Shown here in pieces: positions 1-8,373 of a DNA stretch of 19,266 bases. The position numbers and the translations under genes were made by a program. The first letter of the stretch is position 1, and each line of letters begins with the position of its first letter. The notes under the pieces were generated by a model. It did no database searches. It worked only from the letters and a program-made list of their open reading frames with translations, and was not told where the DNA came from. The stretch comes from Elainellaceae cyanobacterium (GTDB lineage Bacteria; Cyanobacteriota; Cyanobacteriia; CAZCXK01). The stretch is from assembly GCA_051117555.1 (NCBI GenBank), contig JBNPEG010000030.1, forward strand, positions 1-19,266, in the 5' to 3' direction.

Positions 1-2
1 AC

Positions 3-86
3 TGCGATCGCTTGCTATGCGACATCGAAAATTCTCTTCATCAAATTCAGGTCTGGATGATGGCGACAACTCCAACCCCCATCTAA
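3..86 (+). CDS. Possible 3' end of a gene entering from the left edge (…CDRLLCDIENSLHQIQVWMMATTPTPI*)
   Basis: Frame open from the window edge to TAA at 84-86 and looks like an amphipathic helix, followed by AT-rich repeat-containing intergenic DNA. Too short to assign a product. Confidence 0.35.
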   Translation, partial: CDRLLCDIENSLHQIQVWMMATTPTPI

Positions 87-199
87 AGAGCATTAGGGGA
101 ACATTGATTGCTCTAAACGGTCATTTAATCAATTCTCGATTTTGGATTTTAGATTGGTGGACACAAACTCTAAAAGAGTTCTAGCCCTGTATTGAGGCT

Positions 200-265
200 A
201 TCCCTTACCTTTCCCCAAGAGGGAAACAAGCATTTTAGCTACCCTCTTGGGAGAAGTTGGGGATG
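200..265. repeat. Imperfect inverted repeat (dispersed palindromic repeat or possible terminator) downstream of the 320..745 gene
   Basis: CCCAAGAGGG (214-223) pairs perfectly with CCCTCTTGGG (242-251), with imperfect outward extension. Heptamer-like GATTTTG/GATTTTA repeats lie nearby at ~138-153. Confidence 0.55.
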
Positions 266-319
266 CGTTTCAATCATCACATCGAACGTGCGAGATTGTT
301 GCTTAGCAGGCCCTTAAAC

Positions 320-745
320 TTACCACAATGCTCGAGGATAGGTTTCATCAGTGACGACATCGGGTGAGCCTTCTAACGGTGCCTCTGCATCAGGAGATGC
401 GGGCGATTCATCTTCGACAGGTGCCGGATTAGCTGGAGATTCCATGTCGGTAGGTTCGTCCTCAAACGTAGGATCGGTATCCATAGATGGATCGTCATCA
501 AACGTAGGATCTGCATCCATAGATGGATCGTCATCAAACGTAGGATCGGTATCCATAGATGGATCGTCACTAGCAGGCAGATCGTCCTCAGGAGTCCCTT
601 CGTCAAGGGTTTCCTCAGGAGTTGGCGTGGGAGTTGGCGCGTCTTGAGATCGTGCTGATGATATTAATCCGCCCACACCTGCAATCGAAACTAACGCGAT
701 GGAAACGCTTAGCAAAAGTCGGTAGACAGATAACCAATTAACCAT
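320..745 (-). CDS. Secreted acidic Asp/Pro/Glu-rich low-complexity protein with 12-aa repeats, C-terminus YPRALW
   Basis: Hydrophobic N-terminal signal peptide (LLLSVSIALVSIAGVGGLISSARS|Q), strong SD AGGAGG (753-758) upstream of the ATG, and three DDPSMD[T/A]DPTF[D/E] repeats. Confidence 0.85.
   Translation of the reverse strand: MVNWLSVYRLLLSVSIALVSIAGVGGLISSARSQDAPTPTPTPEETLDEGTPEDDLPASDDPSMDTDPTFDDDPSMDADPTFDDDPSMDTDPTFEDEPTDMESPANPAPVEDESPASPDAEAPLEGSPDVVTDETYPRALW
462..569. repeat. In-frame 36-bp tandem repeat x3
   Basis: TCAAACGTAGGATCGGTATCCATAGATGGATCGTCA at 462-497, 498-533 (2 mismatches) and 534-569, with no spacers. Confidence 0.95.
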
Positions 746-752
746 GATTCAT

Positions 753-758
753 CCTCCT
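753..758 (-). promoter_or_regulatory. Shine-Dalgarno site overlapping the upstream stop codon (translational coupling)
   Basis: Minus strand reads TAAGGAGGATGAATC-ATG; the TAA is the stop of 758..2284. Confidence 0.75.
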
Positions 759-2284
759 TAAGATGGAGAGTGCGGCAAATGAGCAGCCCCTCGCCCACAA
801 GACAAGTCCCCGTTGATGAGGCTGCCATTACGCCACGTTCCGGTTTCGGATGACCCATCGGTGAATTGAAAGGTTCCCTCACCGTGACATTTGTTGGCCT
901 GGAACTCACCTATGTAGCGATCGCCCGTTTCGAGTGTCCATATTCCAATGCCTTCAAATTGATCATTCTCAAACTGTCCGACATATTGCCGTCCATTGTC
1001 AAAGGTAAACGTGCCACAGCCGTTCCGCCTGCCATCTCGATATTCGCCGTCGTAGCGATCGCCATTGGCAAAAATCATCGTGCCGCGACCGTCTGCTGGG
1101 ACATTGCCAGAAAATTCTCCATAAAACTCGGTGCCATTTTCGTAGGTGTAGTCTGGAGTCTGCGCCGAAACATTCGGCAATGGTGGCTCATTGCAAGGCA
1201 GATTGGCTAGATCGACTGCCGAGGCAGACCGTGGAGAACGAATCGTGGTGCGCCAGCCGATTACTGCCACACTTGCAATTGCTCCAACGCCGAGAATAAT
1301 TGCGGTAATCATGACTCCCCGGCTCAATCGCCAGTCTCGCGTTGGTAATGATAATGGGGCGTACTCTTGATTGAGTCGATTGATGGGCGATCGCTGCGAC
1401 TGGACACGAGAGGAAGTTGGAATGGCTGACTCGGCGTGAAGAGCAGCAGGTTGAGACACAGCAATCTGAGGGAGGGATTTCGGAGCATTGTCCTTGGTAT
1501 TGTTTAACCAAGGGTCGGGGAGCGATCGCGCCGATGGTGTTTGATCTCCACCAGATTCTGAATTATTCCCGGTTTGAGGAGCTGTTGCGGGTTCGTGGAC
1601 AGGATCTGATATATCCGAGTTGGCGATCGCTAGGTCATCTGGCGTGATATCGGTATCAGTCGCTTGATTGAGTTCTGTACTGGGAGTATTTGCGTGAGCC
1701 TCATTACCTAACTCATCGGGTGATTCATTAGAGGATTGAACCGTTGCCCAAGTAGACAAATCAGGCTGTTCTCGAACCAAGGTAGCAAACTCATTAGGCT
1801 TTAAGTTACCCCGTTGAGGATAGCGACTTTGCTCGTGCTGCCGTAGATAGACATGGGTGCAGTCTACGCGCTCAAATTTCGTCGCTAGACTAATTGACCA
1901 ATTTTCAAGACAGGCTCCGGTGAGACGAGCAGCGCTAAAGTCTGTACCGTCTGCTTGGACACTGACTAGCTTAGCTGCTGCTAAGTTTGACGCACTGAGA
2001 TTAGCTCCGGTGAGGTTAGCACCTGCAAGGTTAGCACCTGCGAAACAGGCACCGCTAGCATATGCGCCTGTGAGGTCGGCACCTGTTAAATCTGCATGGA
2101 TTAAGTTAGCACCAATCAGACATGTGCGGTTGAAAATCACATGTTGCAAATTTGCCCCGCGCAAGTCGGCCTCAAATAAATAACAGCGACTTAAATCTGG
2201 TTTTACGTGGGGATGGGTCTCTCTCCATTGATTCCATGGGTCTACACCCCGCTGAATCAAATCAAAGAAGTGACTATCGCTCAT
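758..2284 (-). CDS. Pentapeptide-repeat / single-TM / MORN-repeat membrane protein
   Basis: N-terminal W-N-x-W-R cap and A(D/N)LxG pentapeptide repeats, a disordered linker, a TM helix (GVMITAIILGVGAIASVAVIGW), then MORN repeats (YDGEYRDGRRNGCGTF, YVGQFENDQFEGIGIW, YIGEFQANKCHGEGTF). Confidence 0.9.
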   Translation of the reverse strand: MSDSHFFDLIQRGVDPWNQWRETHPHVKPDLSRCYLFEADLRGANLQHVIFNRTCLIGANLIHADLTGADLTGAYASGACFAGANLAGANLTGANLSASNLAAAKLVSVQADGTDFSAARLTGACLENWSISLATKFERVDCTHVYLRQHEQSRYPQRGNLKPNEFATLVREQPDLSTWATVQSSNESPDELGNEAHANTPSTELNQATDTDITPDDLAIANSDISDPVHEPATAPQTGNNSESGGDQTPSARSLPDPWLNNTKDNAPKSLPQIAVSQPAALHAESAIPTSSRVQSQRSPINRLNQEYAPLSLPTRDWRLSRGVMITAIILGVGAIASVAVIGWRTTIRSPRSASAVDLANLPCNEPPLPNVSAQTPDYTYENGTEFYGEFSGNVPADGRGTMIFANGDRYDGEYRDGRRNGCGTFTFDNGRQYVGQFENDQFEGIGIWTLETGDRYIGEFQANKCHGEGTFQFTDGSSETGTWRNGSLINGDLSCGRGAAHLPHSPS

Positions 2285-2321
2285 GGAAGCAGCGCCGAAT
2301 GAATGTCAATCGAACGTCAAT

Positions 2322-3809
2322 TTACTGTGATGAGGTGCGATCGCCCGATGAACGGTTAACTGACGATAATCTACCATTATCAGATGGCGTTTCTAACCCG
2401 TGCTCACTCGATTGTACTAGCGTTGACAGCTCAGGTAAGGTGCTGTCTGACTCCGACAATGTACGGTCAATTCTTTGCAATGCCCATTGAGCTGTTTTTC
2501 GCACCTCTGCATCCACGTCGTTAACCGCAAATCGCAAATGACGGTTCACTTGAGCGACCAAATCATAGATGCGAGTGATTTCTCGAATCGCGTTTTTGCG
2601 AACATCTACATTTTCATCTTGCATCGATACAATAAGTGCCCGATTCATAGGTTTTAGGATGCGAATTCCAATTTCTGAAACTGCCGCCAAAATCAGACAG
2701 CGTTGATGAGAATCAGACGTTGCCATTAGATCTATCAGAGGAAGGATGGCATCTGAATTTCCTTGCTGACCCAGTTCCCAGATAGCTTTACGACGAACAT
2801 TCGGGTCGGTGTGATCCAGGTCAAGCGTTAACTGGCGAACAATCTCAGTTTGAGATGGGGGTGTTACGGGGGTAGGCACCATCAGCAACGGTTCGTCACT
2901 TGACGGCGATTCGGCATTATTCTTACTCGCTCCGGTACGGTTTGTATCGAGAGAACGTATTTGAGACGAGGCCGGAGTTGACGAAGCCAAATTAGATCGA
3001 TGAAATCTATGGCTCGATGCTGCGGTTCGCGGCGTCGCTGAAGAACGAGAGGCTCGTGCCCTAAATTGCCTGAAAAATAAGGAAATCTGCCGCGATCGAG
3101 GAATTCGAATTAGCCCGTAGTAAGTCAAGGCGTAGGTAACTATGCTGCCAGTGCCCAGCACCACGGCTATGATTAAGAACTGATTCAGCCAGTCCTGTTG
3201 AGCGTTTTCGGTGTTGACGGTTGCGCCTGCGTCTACTTCTGGACTGGATGGTGCATCGGGACTTGCCTCATCCTCTTCAGAAACTGTCTCACCAGTTTCA
3301 CTCGCTAACGTCGAATTGTCTTTGAAGAATTCAGAAATATCGGTTCCAGGATTAAGTTCTTGGAGAGTCTGCCAAGTTTCTTGATCAAGTTCACCCGTGT
3401 CGGACAACCTAAACTGACGCTGGAATTCAATCAATGCGAGTCGCGTTTGATTGCCATAGACTCCGTCGATTTCACCGTTGTAGTATCCGGCTTGATATAA
3501 AAGAGTTTGCAGTTGAGCGACCTCTGCATCACTAGGACTAACCTCTGAGGACGGAGTTTGCGGTTCAGTCAAACGGGTTGAGACAAGGCTGGCCTGAGCA
3601 GAATCGGCTACAGGGACACCATCAGTTATAACGCTTACCGAACTTTTGTCGGGAGCAAATCGCACCTCTGACGCACCTAAAATTAAATTAGATGATACGA
3701 TGCTGCAACTTGCCAGACTTGTTGCAATCAAAAGCTTTAAACGACAAGACATGGCATTTAGCACAGGGAAACTGGCAGATTGAAGAACAGACCCCCGAGC
3801 GTATCCCAC
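2322..3809 (-). CDS. Peptidoglycan-binding-domain / TM / HEAT-repeat protein (true start may be the ATG at 3752)
   Basis: PG_binding_1-like VAQLQTLLYQAGYYNGEIDGVYGNQTRLALIEFQRQFRLSDTGELDQETW, TM FLIIAVVLGTGSIVTYALTYYGLI followed by an Arg-rich stretch, and HEAT-like DPNVRRKAIWELG, DENVDVRKNAI, DAEVRKTAQWAL. Confidence 0.88.
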   Translation of the reverse strand: MGYARGSVLQSASFPVLNAMSCRLKLLIATSLASCSIVSSNLILGASEVRFAPDKSSVSVITDGVPVADSAQASLVSTRLTEPQTPSSEVSPSDAEVAQLQTLLYQAGYYNGEIDGVYGNQTRLALIEFQRQFRLSDTGELDQETWQTLQELNPGTDISEFFKDNSTLASETGETVSEEDEASPDAPSSPEVDAGATVNTENAQQDWLNQFLIIAVVLGTGSIVTYALTYYGLIRIPRSRQISLFFRQFRARASRSSATPRTAASSHRFHRSNLASSTPASSQIRSLDTNRTGASKNNAESPSSDEPLLMVPTPVTPPSQTEIVRQLTLDLDHTDPNVRRKAIWELGQQGNSDAILPLIDLMATSDSHQRCLILAAVSEIGIRILKPMNRALIVSMQDENVDVRKNAIREITRIYDLVAQVNRHLRFAVNDVDAEVRKTAQWALQRIDRTLSESDSTLPELSTLVQSSEHGLETPSDNGRLSSVNRSSGDRTSSQ

Positions 3810-3963
3810 CTAATTCATGGGCAATCACTATCGCTGCGATAGCAAGCTCGACCCGGAGGCAAAGCGTTCACACACATAATGTTATAGTTTGCAGGACGAT
3901 TCCATTCAAGGTGAGTTCCTGCTCAAGGATAGTCAAAATTGATGTCCCACACTCAACCTAACC

Positions 3964-5778
3964 TTAATTTCCGCTTTGCGATTGTTTGCTGAAATAAACT
4001 TTATAGATTTCGTGGGCAATCGGCAGGGCAGCAGTGCTGCCGTATCCACCATTCTCGACGATTGCTGCGATCGCAATTTGGGGATTATCAGCAGGACCAA
4101 ACCCGACAAAGAGGGAGTGAGAGGGTTTTCCAAGCACTTCTGCCGTTCCCGTTTTGCCACCAGTCAGTGGAATTAATCCATCATTAAGTCGTCGTGCAGT
4201 CCCGTTTTGAACGGCTGCTACCATACCAGATCGAATAACTGCTAACGATTCGGGCGGAATTCCGGTGGCTACGCGCTCCGTGGTGGCGGTATTGGTTTCG
4301 TCTGCGAGCAGGTGAGGCTTGACTCGCAATCCCCCATTGACAATCGTTGAGACGACGGTAGCAAGCTCTAACGGAGTGACTTGAACCAACCCTTGTCCGA
4401 TTGCCATACTCACCGTATCGCCTGTATACCAGGGTTCGCCAAACAGTTCTTCCTTCTCTTCAGGGGTTGGCACCATGCCTCCATTTCCACCACCGAGCCC
4501 TAAGTTTCCTGCGACCCCAACCCCCAAAGCCTTCGCCCAGTGAGAAATTTGTTGAGGGCCAGCGGCAATGCCGACCTGATAAAAAAAGGTGTTACTGCTG
4601 TAGGCGATCGCCTGAGGAAACCCAATCACCCCATAGCCGCGATTGCTGTGTTCCCAGAATTGTGTGCCGCCTACCGTAATAAATGCAGATGTTCCAAGCG
4701 TAGAATTGGATGAGAACTTTCCAGACTGCATTCCAGCCGTTGCAGTGACAATTTTGAACGTACTGCCGGGTGCATAGCCTTGCAATGCTCGATTGAGGAA
4801 GGGTTGGCTGGCTCCCTGCAATTGATTCCACTCATCCTCACTAACACGACGAGTAAACATATTGGGATCGAATGACGGCCCGCTCGCCAATGCCAATACT
4901 TCTCCCGTTTGAACATTCAAGACTGCAACCGCACCACGACGGTTATTAAGGGCTCGTTCAGCCGCTTTCTGCAAGTCTAGATTCAATGTCAGTCGAACCT
5001 GAGAGCCTGCTTCAGGTGGTTGCACCCCCAACCATCGAAGTTCTCGTCCTCTGAAATCAACCTCGACGAGTCGGCTTCCCCATGTGCCCTCGATTCGGTC
5101 ATTGGCCAAGCGCTCGACCCCCATTTGACCGACAATCATGCCCATCGGATAAGCGGGGTTAGCATTCATATCTTCTTCATTGGCTTCGCCGATATAGCCC
5201 ACGACATGTGCTGCAAGATCGCCATGAGGATAGTAACGGCTCGATTCACCTAGCACCTGCACACCCGGAAATCGCAATGCGTGTTCTGCTAATGTGACGA
5301 ATGCCTTCGGGTCAACTCGCTGGCTTACTCGAATGGGTAATGCAGAGTTGTATCCAACTTTTTCAAGCCGCTGGATGATTTCTTCGGGTGGAATATTGAG
5401 TAACTGACCCAAATCCGCCGCTGTTTTCTGCCACTGTTGCCGAGATTGGTAGCGAGGCCACAGATACACTGAACGGGTGAGTCGATTGGCCGCTAAGATT
5501 TTGCCGTTGCGATCGGTGATATTGCCCCGATCAGAGGGAACTGGTACCAGTCGAATTCTGTTTTGATCCGCAAGTTGACGATAATAATGCCCGTGATCAA
5601 GCTGGATTTGGGCAATGCGGAGGCCGCATAGTCCCATCAGGGTCGTCATGATCAACACGACAAATGTTCCACGCAGGACGAGATTCTCGCGATCAACCAC
5701 GTTATGCATGAACGAATCGGGCGTTTGTTTTCTAGCGCCCTGTCGATGGGGTGAATAGGTGGAAAGCCCTCTAGCCAT
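3964..5778 (-). CDS. mrdA: Penicillin-binding protein 2 (class B transpeptidase)
   Basis: N-terminal TM, dimerisation-domain motifs RGNITDRNG and RYYPHG, and catalytic motifs SxxK (STFK), SxN (SSN) and KTG(T). Confidence 0.93.
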   Translation of the reverse strand: MARGLSTYSPHRQGARKQTPDSFMHNVVDRENLVLRGTFVVLIMTTLMGLCGLRIAQIQLDHGHYYRQLADQNRIRLVPVPSDRGNITDRNGKILAANRLTRSVYLWPRYQSRQQWQKTAADLGQLLNIPPEEIIQRLEKVGYNSALPIRVSQRVDPKAFVTLAEHALRFPGVQVLGESSRYYPHGDLAAHVVGYIGEANEEDMNANPAYPMGMIVGQMGVERLANDRIEGTWGSRLVEVDFRGRELRWLGVQPPEAGSQVRLTLNLDLQKAAERALNNRRGAVAVLNVQTGEVLALASGPSFDPNMFTRRVSEDEWNQLQGASQPFLNRALQGYAPGSTFKIVTATAGMQSGKFSSNSTLGTSAFITVGGTQFWEHSNRGYGVIGFPQAIAYSSNTFFYQVGIAAGPQQISHWAKALGVGVAGNLGLGGGNGGMVPTPEEKEELFGEPWYTGDTVSMAIGQGLVQVTPLELATVVSTIVNGGLRVKPHLLADETNTATTERVATGIPPESLAVIRSGMVAAVQNGTARRLNDGLIPLTGGKTGTAEVLGKPSHSLFVGFGPADNPQIAIAAIVENGGYGSTAALPIAHEIYKVYFSKQSQSGN

Positions 5779-5816
5779 GCTTCAACACGTTCCTGCTCGT
5801 CAATGAATTGGTCTGT

Positions 5817-5909
5817 TATAGCCCTACGAGTTTGGACTTATGGGTAGAATCCCCGTGCCGCTGGGGTTCTACACACGTTTGACGTCCCAATGCGAGACAC
5901 AAGGCTATA
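5817..5909. repeat. Small TATAGCC...GGCTATA palindromic dispersed element, copy 1 (degenerate)
   Basis: Starts TATAGCCCTACG, contains a TGGGTAGAATCCCC/GGGGTTCTACACA stem, and ends GCGAGACACAAGGCTATA. Similar to 18881-18965. Confidence 0.7.
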
Positions 5910-6125
5910 TTTCGCCCTCAATACATTTGGGCGATCGCTGCGATGAAATCAGTGGACAATCCCGAACCATTCCATCTGCTGTAAAATTCAACCTATTCGA
6001 CCCAGCAATCCGGATAGATTTACCGAGAAACTATGTAGTTTTTACGAAGCTTGTCGGAATAACGAAATGAGTTGATACCGCCCTATGGATATGGCTGCGC
6101 TAGCACTGTGCTCGTGTTGTACGGG

Positions 6126-7262
6126 TTAATCAAATCTCACTCGTAACAGAGACAGATCATCATCTAGAGTTTTTTGACCTCTAAATGCATAAATTTCGCT
6201 GAGTATTCCATCTAAGTTTGTATGCTCTGGCTGGTTTCTCAATAAATCAATAAATGCTTCAAGACCGCCACGTTCATCATAGTAATTAGCATTTTGATTA
6301 ATTTCATAGGCACCATCGCTAAATACGTATAAGACGCTTCCCTCTGGAATAAAATGACAACTGCTTTTGTAGGTAATATCGGTCATCATCCCAATAGGAA
6401 GGTTGGGCGTTCTTAGTTGCTCAAACGTTAATTTCTGACCCTCAGGCGTCACTAAAATTGCGGGTGGATGACCGGCACTTGCATAGACAAGCTGACGTTT
6501 TACCCGATTAAATATTCCGTACCACATCGTGAAATATTTATCATTTTGGCTATTCATTTGAAATGTTTCATTTAGTGCTTTTAAAACAGCAGGAGGCTGA
6601 TAAAAGCTAACCTCTGGAAGTGACTGCGATCGCAACACATTTAAGATAGAAATTGACGGTAACGCTGCGCCCAAGCCATGACCTGAAACATCTAACAAAT
6701 AAATTACTAAATAGTCGGGATCAAGCCAGTAGTAGTCAAAGCAGTCACCGCCAAGCTGACTCGATGGTATAAATCGGGAATCAATGCTGACAGTTCCCGT
6801 TAACGGAAGAGGTAGAATTGATCGAACATAATCAGCAGCTTCATGGAGCTCTGCTTCTAAAATCTGCTTCTGGGTTTGTAAGTCTTGATTGAGCTGATAA
6901 AGCCTTAGCCCAGCTCGAACTCTTGCCCGTAACTCATTGATTTCAATCGGTTTTGTTAGAAAATCATCTGCCCCTGTGTCTAACCCTTTAACGCGATCCT
7001 CAACTTCAGTTCGAGATGTCAGCAGAATAAAAAACGTCGTTGATAAATGAGGATTGCATTTAATGTGACGACAAACATCTAATCCGTCTAACCCTGGCAT
7101 CATCCAGTCACAAATAATCAGCGCCGGACGAAACTGCTTGGCCTTGTCTACACCGCTTTCGCCATCACTAGCGACAATGACATCACAATCTTGCTCTTGC
7201 AATGCTTTTTTGAGAACGAGCCGAACAACTGGATCATCATCGATGACAAGAATCTTGGGCAT
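6126..7262 (-). CDS. Response-regulator receiver fused to a SpoIIE/RsbU-type PP2C phosphatase
   Basis: Receiver motifs IDDD, CDWMMPGLDG, LTS and TKP, a coiled linker, and PP2C motifs GGDCFD, DVSGHG, SAGHPP, FSDG and DDDLS. Confidence 0.93.
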   Translation of the reverse strand: MPKILVIDDDPVVRLVLKKALQEQDCDVIVASDGESGVDKAKQFRPALIICDWMMPGLDGLDVCRHIKCNPHLSTTFFILLTSRTEVEDRVKGLDTGADDFLTKPIEINELRARVRAGLRLYQLNQDLQTQKQILEAELHEAADYVRSILPLPLTGTVSIDSRFIPSSQLGGDCFDYYWLDPDYLVIYLLDVSGHGLGAALPSISILNVLRSQSLPEVSFYQPPAVLKALNETFQMNSQNDKYFTMWYGIFNRVKRQLVYASAGHPPAILVTPEGQKLTFEQLRTPNLPIGMMTDITYKSSCHFIPEGSVLYVFSDGAYEINQNANYYDERGGLEAFIDLLRNQPEHTNLDGILSEIYAFRGQKTLDDDLSLLRVRFD

Positions 7263-7501
7263 AACAAAATGAGGCTAGCGAGTCTAAAACTATGAAATAT
7301 TTATTAATCGCGAAAAAGTTATCGATGAAACGTTATTCATTAGGTTTGCCAACTTAATCTTCGATGGTTGAGAGTGATAATAAGGAATCAATATGTAAAG
7401 ACTATCAAGAAATATGAGTATTAAAATTAAGTTTCCTTGAAGATATAGGTACCCTTGCTCCCGTACAACTCCCCGGATTCGACTTAAATGGTTTAGTAAG
7501 A

Positions 7502-7999
7502 TTGATGAGAGCTTATTGGCAGACTCTCGTTCGTGCGTTGATTTCACTGGGGGATTACTTTCCGTTGAAAGTGACTCAGAAACAGGCTATTCAAGTTCAT
7601 ACCGACTTGGGTGAATTGCCCAATGTGTTGTCGTGGTTTGATCGCTTCCAATATCCCTTGGTTCCCTATTCGACTTGGCTCCAGTGCCAGTTGGCGTTAG
7701 CAGAAGGGTTTACCAATGCGGTTCGCCATGCTCATCGCAGTCAACCGTCAGAAACCCTTATCGATATTGAGGTCTGTGTGCTAGACCATGCGGTTGAGAT
7801 TCGTATTTGGGATTATGGTCCAGGATTTGATCTCGACCAAATGGTCAATCAAATGCCGCTAGAGGTCGACCAGGATTCTGAGAGCGGTAGAGGGTTGCGA
7901 CTCATGAAACGATTGGCAGATCGACTCAGCTATAAACGTGGGGACGATCAGCGAAATTGCCTTTTAGTGGTGAAATATTATTCCGAAACAGATGACTAG
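7502..7999 (+). CDS. RsbW/SpoIIAB-like anti-sigma factor Ser/Thr kinase (true start may be TTG 7565 or GTG 7571)
   Basis: GHKL motifs: N-box EGFTNAVRH, G1 DYGPGF, G2 GRGL. Divergent from the PP2C gene. A GGGGGA SD-like run lies at 7549-7554. Confidence 0.88.
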   Translation: MMRAYWQTLVRALISLGDYFPLKVTQKQAIQVHTDLGELPNVLSWFDRFQYPLVPYSTWLQCQLALAEGFTNAVRHAHRSQPSETLIDIEVCVLDHAVEIRIWDYGPGFDLDQMVNQMPLEVDQDSESGRGLRLMKRLADRLSYKRGDDQRNCLLVVKYYSETDD

Positions 8000-8108
8000 T
8001 ACTGTTTGGCAACAATAAGCCAACCATTTAAGCGCGGGCAAGATGCCCGCGACGTGAGCGAGACGCTCACACTACGGGTATGAAACTTCTGCCATCTTGT
8101 ACTAGTCA
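7993..8108. mobile_element. MITE/REP-like mini-element with 10-bp terminal inverted repeats and two internal hairpins
   Basis: TGACTAGTAC (7993-8002) and GTACTAGTCA (8099-8108); hairpins CGCGGGCA-AGA-TGCCCGCG (8033-8051) and GTGAGCG-AGA-CGCTCAC (8054-8070) followed by ACTAC (GTAG on the minus strand). Mobility is inferred only. Confidence 0.6.
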
Positions 8109-8219
8109 GTGAATATAATTAAATTCGAGCGCGTTTCATCAATTCAAAACCAAAGGGATTGATATCACAAATCGTGAGTATTTGTTTAGAGTAAAGCCCT
8201 ATCTGGTTAAGCTCACTCC

Positions 8220-8270
8220 TGATAGCCAGATGTGATAGCCAGATGTGATAGCCAGATGTGATAGCCAGAT
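8220..8270. repeat. 13-bp tandem repeat, about 4 copies
   Basis: TGATAGCCAGATG at 8220, 8233 and 8246, plus TGATAGCCAGAT at 8259. Confidence 0.95.
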
Positions 8271-8373
8271 ATTTTTTCAATTTTATTGTTGACCGTTACA
8301 AAAACTGCAACTCTCGGTCATCGGAATCAGTAGCGGTGCCATGGTAGAGCGGTATAGATTTTATATTTAAACT

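Noticed and set aside
462..569. 36-bp partly palindromic repeats as a CRISPR array
   Set aside because: Units are head-to-tail with no spacers, in frame within a coding sequence, and no cas genes are present.
351..647. Ser/Gly-rich plus-strand ORF (98 aa) and the alternative-frame ORF 373..606
   Set aside because: Shadows of the repetitive 320..745 gene, which has the signal peptide and SD.
1857..2183. Plus-strand ORF with RLAP repeats
   Set aside because: Antisense mirror of the pentapeptide repeats.
7290..7547. 85-aa ORF as the missing STAS protein
   Set aside because: No STAS D-S-S/T-G motif. It runs through the AT-rich divergent spacer and overlaps the longest kinase ORF.
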